Positions 60,136 to 64,000 of a stretch of 64,000 bases of DNA are shown one piece after another. The position numbers and the translations under genes are program-made. The stretch comes from Lama glama (Eukaryota). The stretch's first letter is position 1. Every line of letters starts with the position of its first letter. The notes under the pieces are model-generated. The model searched no databases. It saw nothing but the letters and a program-made list of their open reading frames with translations, and had not been told where the DNA came from. The DNA is taken from NCBI GenBank assembly GCA_028534125.1, contig CM052818.1, positions 11,100,001 through 11,164,000 on the forward strand, read 5' to 3'.

Positions 60136-62659
60136 GAGACATGGCCATTTGTTCACCAAGATGATCCTTAGGCTTCATATGAACAAGGCAAATCGAACAT
60201 TTTGGTGTGCTCCACCAGGCGCCCCCTAGCTCCCCACTCTGACATCCAGGAAGCTCTCCTCAGAGGGCTAGTCAGTGCTTCCAGCTCACCTCTCATTTAA
60301 GCCGTAAGTTGACAGTCTGAGTTCCCCAAAAGTAGGAAGTTTAGTAAAAATTTTTAAAAGGGAATGGAGAATGGTAGAAAGTATATAAATGCTTATTTTA
60401 CCAAATGATCCGGTGTCTCTGGGAGCCTGACAAATGAGCCTGTTTATTTCCATGGCTGTCCAGGTTTCAAGTGGCATAATGTGTGAGGGTGTATGTATCT
60501 ATGTGTGTGTGTGCGTATCAGTGCGTGTGTTTGCTGTGCAATATATTTATGAGCTGTAAGGATAATTTACTCTTATGTCAAAGAGTCAATCAATGCGGGG
60601 CATATTTTTTGCACATTTGCAAATTTTGTCAGGTAACTCAATAGAGGATTTAAGATGAAATGGAAGAAAGAAAAGATGATTAAGGGGGTTATCAAATCAC
60701 CAGTCCCTCTATTCCTTCTGGAATGATCCCTGTTCTGCCCTTCATATATAACCTGTCCCAGCCCCTAACATATTTTAATATATACAAGGCAGCCCACTGA
60801 GAGGGTCCCAATACAATACATTTCCAAACACCAGCATTAGATTAAAAAAAAAACATTTAAAATGCCAACTAATGATCTGAAGAGCAGGTGTTATTTTGGA
60901 ATTTCTTGGGGTTTTAAGTACAAACCAGGTGTTACAAGGAAGTGATAATTTGAATATTTGATACATCTTGGCATCTGTCTGCGAGAACCAGACCCAAGAG
61001 ATGGATTTTGCCCAGTAGAGACAGCACTAAAGCTCACTATACAGCATTTATCCGTGGAAGTCATCATTTCCATATTGGCGAACAGTGTGTAGACTTTCTT
61101 ATCAGCATCTTGAGAAGTACTAGATCTTTATAACCTTGGGGGTTGGCTTATGATATTTATCCAATGACTAGTGGGGGCTGCCCTTTGAGCTTTTAAAGAG
61201 AAGTTAACAGAAGTCTTGCCACACCCACAAAGAGCTTAGTGCCTTGGGGTCCCACACCAGTCACTGGTCATCATTATCTGGGGCTCTGAATCATCGTCTT
61301 GTACTCCTCTGCGGCCAGTGCCCTGGGGAATGTTCTGTGTGCAGTAGGTACATAATTAATATTTCTCACTGACTCATTGGCTGTTCCCACATGAAAGGAA
61401 GCAAATAACCTCAATAAAACCACACTAGAGTGGCTGAAAAACTCTCTAGACTTAGAGTATTAATTGCCCATTTTTAGTGCACTTGCTAAAAATAAAACAA
61501 ATTGAGCTGGTCAGATAAGAAAAGCTACCATCTCTTTATGGCTTTGTTGAAACCTTTTCGGATGCCTGTCTATCATACAAGCAGAACCTGTTCCTAAAAA
61601 TGTTTATTCATTCAAAAACATGAAAACTCCACCATAGTCTAATGGCTATTTTACTCTGGCCAATAAAATTGCCTTCTCTTGAGTGATTTTTTTTCCCTTC
61701 CTCTCTCTTGAATCACAGAATTATATTCCAGAACCCAGAATGCTTTGATTTTTTAAACTAAGAAGAAATGTTCTCATAGGGAGAGATGCATAGCTTACTT
61801 CAACCCTAGACAATCATTTCCATTTCTCAAAGATTCATTGAGCAAACACTGTTGTCACTGTTTATACAACAAAATGTTCTTTCCAAAGGACTTTCAAATA
61901 AATAAGTACACCGCAGGATTGCTGCACACTCAGAGTCAACCTGCCAAGTCCTCAAATAGTTAAGCTGAGCAGTTTACTTAGAAAGGCTAACAAATTTGCT
62001 TCACTTCAAAATATCATTAACACCAATAACACATTTGCCCAAGCCTATTTCTAAGTTGTAAAAAAAGATTGCTACAGATTAAGACCCTTGATATAATGCT
62101 ATAAGCTCCTAACAATGGTATCTTTTATAGTGAAGAGCAACTGCAGACACAAATTGCCCTCTTTCCTGCACCTTTTTCACAAAAATCAATATTAAAGTAG
62201 TATCTGCCTTAACTCTCCCATACACTATATGAGAAAAAACCACAGCCGTGCTTAGGACAGTTTAGGTCAATAAAGAATCGATACTGTGGTTGAATCTGTA
62301 GAAAGATAAAAGACTTAGAACTCTCTACACACAGACCCATTGTTTTCTCCCTATTCTGTAAAGCAGCAGAAGGGCATCGCTTGTCTGTGCTTGTTGGAAG
62401 GGTAGATTTTTTTCTTCTCTTTTTTAAGGTCGATGTGCATTAAGTGTTGGTGAAAAGTAAAGGGGGCACAGCCCACACAGGGGGACAAAAGGATCGCAGA
62501 CACTGTTCCTTCTATTAGGCTTTTTTTCTTTGGTCTCTTGTCTGAGCAGTCCCTTTATGGGTGAGGGGTCGGGGGGAGGATGGGTATAAAGGAGATTGTT
62601 ACCGAAATCCACCCATGATAAAGATGAGGTCAGGTGATACCAAGAGACAACGTGGATTA

Positions 62660-62768
62660 CAATTTTGGCAATGTTGTGTGGTCTTCGCCAAGTTACTCTA
62701 CTTTAATTAAGCCTCCATTTCCTCTCCTGAAATGAAATAAACGATAATATTAGCCAACTTTCAGAATT
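62660..62768 (+). mobile_element. MIR 5' part (split by MLT1)
   Basis: 'tgtgtggtcttcgccaagttactctactttaattaagcctccatttcctc'. Confidence 0.7.
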
Positions 62769-63151
62769 TGTAATAGGTATCTAATGGGCTCACCAAAATC
62801 TTAGCACGTGGGTGACCATGGTTCTCAGCACTCTTGCAATTAGATGGGGGTCACATGACCAGTTCTGACCAGTGAGCTGTGAGAGGAAGTGATGGCTTCT
62901 CTTCCAGGCTGAGGCCCTGAACAGGCAGGGCCTTTCTCCCATCCCCTGAAATGGCAGACTTGGAGGAGGCCTCCTGTTGAGAGGTGGCACCATAAGAGCA
63001 AAGCCCTGATGTTTCTGGGTCACCTAGAGAGTCACTCAAATCGGTACTTTTTTGTGAGAAACCAGCATGCATTGTGTTACAGCACTAAGATTTAGGGGTC
63101 ATCATTTTGTTGTTCTTACTGTATTATTACTGAGCCTATCTTGACTATTTA
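62769..63151 (+). mobile_element. MLT1-family MaLR LTR nested in MIR
   Basis: 'cttgcaattagatgggggtcacatgaccagttctgaccagtgag...gaagtgatg' and 'gcactaagatttagggg...gcctatcttgacta'. Confidence 0.85.
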
Positions 63152-63240
63152 TGATTGTTAATAAAGACTAATTCAGAAAACATATGGAAATTTCTTACCA
63201 CAATACTGGGGACAGAATAGCACTCAGTTAATACATTTAT
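63152..63240 (+). mobile_element. MIR 3' part
   Basis: 'cttaccacaatactggggacagaatagcactcagttaat'. Confidence 0.65.
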
Positions 63241-63384
63241 TAAAAAGCTGCACATTCCAGGCTGGGGGAGCAGTTTAAACAAAGGGGTGGAATAAAACAG
63301 CACAGTACATTCAGGGATTCTGGATTCTAAGTGGAGGAATTCTTAGGGGAAAAAAATCATAACATATTAGAAATGGAAAGGACC

Positions 63385-63527
63385 TTTTATTTTATTTTAT
63401 TTTTTATTTTTTGGGGGGGAGGTAATTAGGTTTTCTTCATTTATTTTTAGAGGAGGTACTGAGGATTGAACCCAGGACCTTGTGTATGCTAAACATGTGC
63501 TCTACCATTTGAGCTATACCCTCTCCC
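63385..63527 (-). mobile_element. tRNA-derived SINE, camelid Vic-1-like
   Basis: Minus strand reads 'gggagagggtatagctcaaatggtagagc...ggttcaatcc...aacctaattacctccccccc' plus an A-rich tail, with Pol III A box and B box. TSD-like flanks gaaaggaccttt/gaaagcatcttt. Confidence 0.9.
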
Positions 63528-63554
63528 AGAAAGCATCTTTAAAAACATCCAAGT

Positions 63555-63790
63555 TAGGATTCCTGAAAGGGTGCTGTGTAAAATATCCGTCTTGTAAAAG
63601 CAGGAAAAGTGTTCTCTGGCTTAAGAAGTTTGGAAAATGCTGTCTACTTAATCTCCCACTTGAAGATTCTTAACACGCATTAAGTTACTCGAGGCTCTGA
63701 GAAGTAGTGCCGCAGAAAACTCTGACGAATTTTGTTATTCCAAGACGCCTCAAGTTGATTTGACCATAAAATGCATCTTCCATGTGATAC
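63555..63790. mobile_element. MER103C-like hAT-Charlie element
   Basis: 'aagtttggaaaatgctg...gaagattc...ggctctgagaagt...gatttgacca'. Confidence 0.75.
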
Positions 63791-64000
63791 CAGTGAACTG
63801 CCTACCGAAGGCCTTGTTACTGTCTTGAAAGAGCTTATCAGATGGGTTGTTGGTGACTTGTTCAGCTCCACTCAGCACTAATATTAGTGAAGGACTGGGT
63901 TCAGCTCTGCATAATGAGACCCTATATAGGAGTGGCTTTTATGATATAAATAATAGCCACACTTGTAGCCTTACTGCATGAGCTATTGTCATAAGCCTTA

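Noticed and set aside
980..63151. Strand bias of L1/LTR insertions as evidence of host-gene orientation
   Set aside because: L1 counts are 4 plus and 2 minus and LTRs are mixed, too few to be informative
63440..63527. tRNA gene
   Set aside because: This is the tRNA-like head of a SINE, with body, A-tail and TSD
1..64000. Supplied six-frame ORFs as protein-coding genes
   Set aside because: All are 175 aa or shorter, many begin at non-ATG codons or lie inside repeats, and none resembles a known protein except decayed L1 ORF2 tails

Overview
This is mammalian non-coding DNA (AT-rich, CpG-depleted), most likely camelid (alpaca/llama/camel). The taxon call rests on a tRNA-derived SINE at ~63.4-63.5 kb that resembles the camelid Vic-1-type SINE as I recall it, plus an artiodactyl-type L1 3' end at ~42 kb. 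I found no supportable protein-coding gene, RNA gene, CRISPR array or prokaryotic feature. The supplied ORFs are short chance ORFs, or decayed LINE-1 ORF2 C-terminal fragments (2099-2392, 38675-38878, 42409-42630). The window is a large intron or intergenic region filled with ancient repeats (MIR, L2, L1M, MLT1, MER21, LTR16, MER5/58/103/112, MER46C), some nested inside one another. Between them are repeat-poor, motif-rich blocks that look like conserved enhancers. The leads most worth checking are: two short palindromic remnants resembling ancient amniote 'attgacttcaatgg' elements (13.6 and 16.0 kb), a nuclear-receptor half-site array (13.46 kb), candidate conserved non-coding elements (CNEs), and a few possible minus-strand non-coding exons. 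Repeat names come from recalled consensus sequences, not database searches, and boundaries are approximate (tens of bp). I see no convincing evidence of a novel biological system.
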